NCBI GenBank assembly: GCA_038063455.1
Contig: JBBTVB010000002.1
Span: forward strand, 193,296-257,295
Source of the DNA: Patescibacteria group bacterium
Lineage (GTDB): Bacteria; Patescibacteriota; Patescibacteriia; PEXW01
Reading direction: 5' to 3'
DNA: 64,000 nt
The notes under the pieces are model-generated. The model searched no databases, was not told the origin of the DNA, and saw only the letters and a program-made list of their open reading frames with translations. The position numbers and the translations under genes were made by a program. Positions within the stretch are counted from its first letter, which is position 1. Every line of letters begins with the position of its first letter. Shown here one piece after another: positions 62,489 through 64,000 of this stretch.

Positions 62489-62533
62489 AGTACTCTCCTT
62501 TTTTGTCAAAGATTTTTTAGTTTTCTTCACCCC

Positions 62534-62562
62534 ACCCTACCGCCTCGACCGGGCGGCGTCAA
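62534..62562 (-). promoter_or_regulatory. promoter/operator box TTGACGCCGCCCGGTCGAGGCGGTAGGGT (copy 2)
   Basis: See copy 1. It overlaps a divergent + strand TAGGCT -10 box (62568-62573) lying 6 nt before the VKOR ATG. Confidence 0.5.
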
Positions 62563-62579
62563 CTTGCTAGGCTACCAGC

Positions 62580-63041
62580 ATGCGTAAAAAACTATGGTTC
62601 ATCTTCATACTCTCCCTCCTCGGCATAGCCGCCTCTGCCTACGCGGTTCACCTGCACTACAGCGTCGACGCCTCCAGCTTCTGCAATTTTAGCGGGACGT
62701 TTAACTGCGACATCGTTAACAAAAGTTGGGCCAGCGAAATTATCGGTATCCCGGTCGCAACTATTGGGCTGGTCGGGTACGCGCTGCTCGCACTCGGGAG
62801 TCTGTGGTTGATCTGCACGCAAAAACTCCGCACCGCCACGTGGGGGGCGATGGCACTAGCAAGCTTGGGTGGATTAGGTTTTGCGTTCTTCCTCACTGGC
62901 GTCGAAATCTTTAGCTTGCACACGCTTTGCATTGTATGCGTAGCCTCGCAGCTTATTATCCTGGCGCTGACAATGCTTGTGTGGCGATTCCCCGAAGCGC
63001 GTCAGGGTGTGCGGTCCTGGTTTTTTTCCTCAGCTTCCTGA
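62580..63041 (+). CDS. vitamin K epoxide reductase (VKOR) family protein
   Basis: Four TM helices. Loop cysteines FCNFSGTFNCD and active-site-like LCIVCV in the last helix. Confidence 0.8.
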   Translation: MRKKLWFIFILSLLGIAASAYAVHLHYSVDASSFCNFSGTFNCDIVNKSWASEIIGIPVATIGLVGYALLALGSLWLICTQKLRTATWGAMALASLGGLGFAFFLTGVEIFSLHTLCIVCVASQLIILALTMLVWRFPEARQGVRSWFFSSAS

Positions 63042-63256
63042 CTCTGCATTTTGGCTAACCGCATGGTTATCCAAACCACGACCACGGTGACGATGACGGC
63101 GTAGGCAAACTTTGCGGCCAGTCCACTGGCTTCGCCAAAAATTTGCGTGAAAAGCGATTTGACGGCTTCGTTCCAGGCCAACGCAGCAATAAGCCCGAGC
63201 GCCCCGGTAAGCAGCGTGACAATTTGCGCAGAAACTTCACGTTTGAGTTTGTTCAT
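63002..63256 (-). CDS. small two-pass membrane protein (DUF5654-like)
   Basis: Start at the ATG at 63256 (MNKLKREVSAQIVTLLTGALGLIAALAWNEAVKSLF..). TATACT -10 box 6 nt before the ATG. Confidence 0.6.
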   Translation of the reverse strand: MNKLKREVSAQIVTLLTGALGLIAALAWNEAVKSLFTQIFGEASGLAAKFAYAVIVTVVVVWITMRLAKMQSQEAEEKNQDRTP

Positions 63257-63287
63257 GTGGAGAGTATAGCAAGTTATAGAGAGTTTG

Positions 63288-63390
63288 ACCCAGCACCACT
63301 TTGCACGAACCTCTGGTGTTCCAGGATGCTGCGAGCGCCAGACATCTACGAATAATACCTTCGCGAAAGGAATCCAAAGTGGTGCTGGGT
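63288..63390. repeat. 16-bp perfect inverted repeat (ACCCAGCACCACTTTG ... CAAAGTGGTGCTGGGT) separated by 71 nt
   Basis: Arms at 63288-63303 and 63375-63390. The 15-mer CCAAAGTGGTGCTGG also occurs at 56579-56593 in the pilin leader coding region. Confidence 0.7.
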
Positions 63391-63418
63391 TGACGGAAAG
63401 CAAAAAAAGTGCTAGACT
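63390..63418 (+). promoter_or_regulatory. promoter TTGACG-N17-TAGACT upstream of pilT
   Basis: Read directly. The -35 box abuts the right arm of the inverted repeat. Confidence 0.5.
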
Positions 63419-63621
63419 ATAGACAGTTCAAACAAAAAGAAAAACCATGAAAAAAATTTCACCCGCGTTCCCCCAGGGACAAATTAGTCTGGTCATGCTG
63501 GGTCAAACTATGTACTACGCCAAATCATCACAGGGGTTGGGCCAGCGACTGGCTCAGCGTATTTCGCATATCTTCCGGCGTCCAACGCGTCGCCGGTAAT
63601 TTCGCTTTGGAGGGGAATACT

Positions 63622-64000
63622 TATGATCAAGATTGACGACCTGTTTAAGATCGCCGTTGACCGCCGCGCGTCTGACGTCCACATTGTGGCCAACAAGCCG
63701 CCGATTTTGCGCGTGGATGGTGTGCTCACCGAAGTGGATGGCGTACCCCCGCTAGCACCTAAGGACACGCAGGCGTTGATTTTCTCAATAATGAACGACA
63801 AGCAGAAGCAGCTCTTCATTACCGACCGCGAGCTGGACATGGGCTACGAGACCCCAGGCGGCGCCCGCTTCCGCGTCAACTGCCACTGGGAACGAAATAA
63901 TGCAGGATTGGTGGCGCGCATCATTTCCAGCCAAATTCCCAACATGGAAGACCTGATGCTGCCGCAAGTAGTGTACGATCTGCTTCGTATGAAACAAGGC
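63622..64000 (+). CDS. pilT: type IV pilus retraction ATPase PilT (5' part, runs off the window)
   Basis: GGAGGGG SD. MIKIDDLFKIAVDRRASDVHIVANKPPILRVDGVL..GARFRVNCHWERNNAGLVARIISSQIPNMEDLMLP matches the PilT N-terminal domain pattern. Confidence 0.85.

Noticed and set aside
63304-63374. Invertible promoter (fimS-like switch) between the 16-bp inverted repeats.
   Set aside because: The promoters I can read (TATACT at 63263-63268 and TTGACG-N17-TAGACT at 63390-63418) lie outside or at the edge of the repeats, so inversion would not obviously re-orient them. No invertase gene is adjacent. I keep it only as an alternative to test with reads.
63447-63599. 50-aa ORF (MKKISPAFPQGQISLVMLGQ..) between the pilT promoter and pilT.
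   Set aside because: It has no SD or leaderless-type spacing, an unremarkable sequence, and it probably lies in the pilT 5' UTR. There is insufficient support to call a gene.

Overview
GC-rich bacterial chromosomal segment, with no rRNA and no CRISPR array. The gene content suggests a Patescibacteria/CPR-like organism, but this is inference only: cohesin/dockerin surface proteins, DUF5659 and DUF5654-like small proteins, type IV pilus genes and a sparse housekeeping set. 

Layout, left to right:
- 30-3324: PadR-led membrane module.
- 3321-5762: comM/yifB-lspA-dksA-like genes on the minus strand.
- 6250-23589: a ~17 kb, single-strand surface-protein supercluster. It holds three cohesin-like type I membrane paralogs, a dockerin protein, a DUF916/DUF3324-like anchor protein, a 369-aa secreted protein and a 2991-aa giant protein. 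The last two share a WxL-like C-terminal module.
- 24027-26731: Xer-type recombinase plus tRNA-Arg, tRNA-Val and tRNA-Ala, with odd duplicated tRNA halves.
- 26959-30784: translationally coupled GT2 synthase and GH18/CBM5-12 pair.
- 30825-37756: DUF1801/DUF1059 small proteins, a DrrAB-like ABC exporter, a SET-domain protein, an ECF sigma/anti-sigma pair and an rpoD-like sigma factor.
- ~38.0-44.7 kb: an AT-richer integrated element at tRNA-His, driven by a large serine recombinase.
- 47.6-51.1 kb: a second AT-richer patch carrying a DEAH helicase.
- 51145-59327: type IV pilus-associated cluster with very large pilin-like proteins and a cysteine-repeat protein.
- 59665-64000: trxB, DUF218, an orphan KAS III, VKOR and the pilT 5' end.

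Many core genes appear leaderless, with a GCTATACT/TAGAAT-type -10 box 6-9 nt before the ATG. The best candidate for an undescribed system is the 6.2-23.6 kb cluster, which combines a Csc/WxL-like set with a cohesin-dockerin set. All calls rest on reading the sequence and on motif memory; no searches were run.
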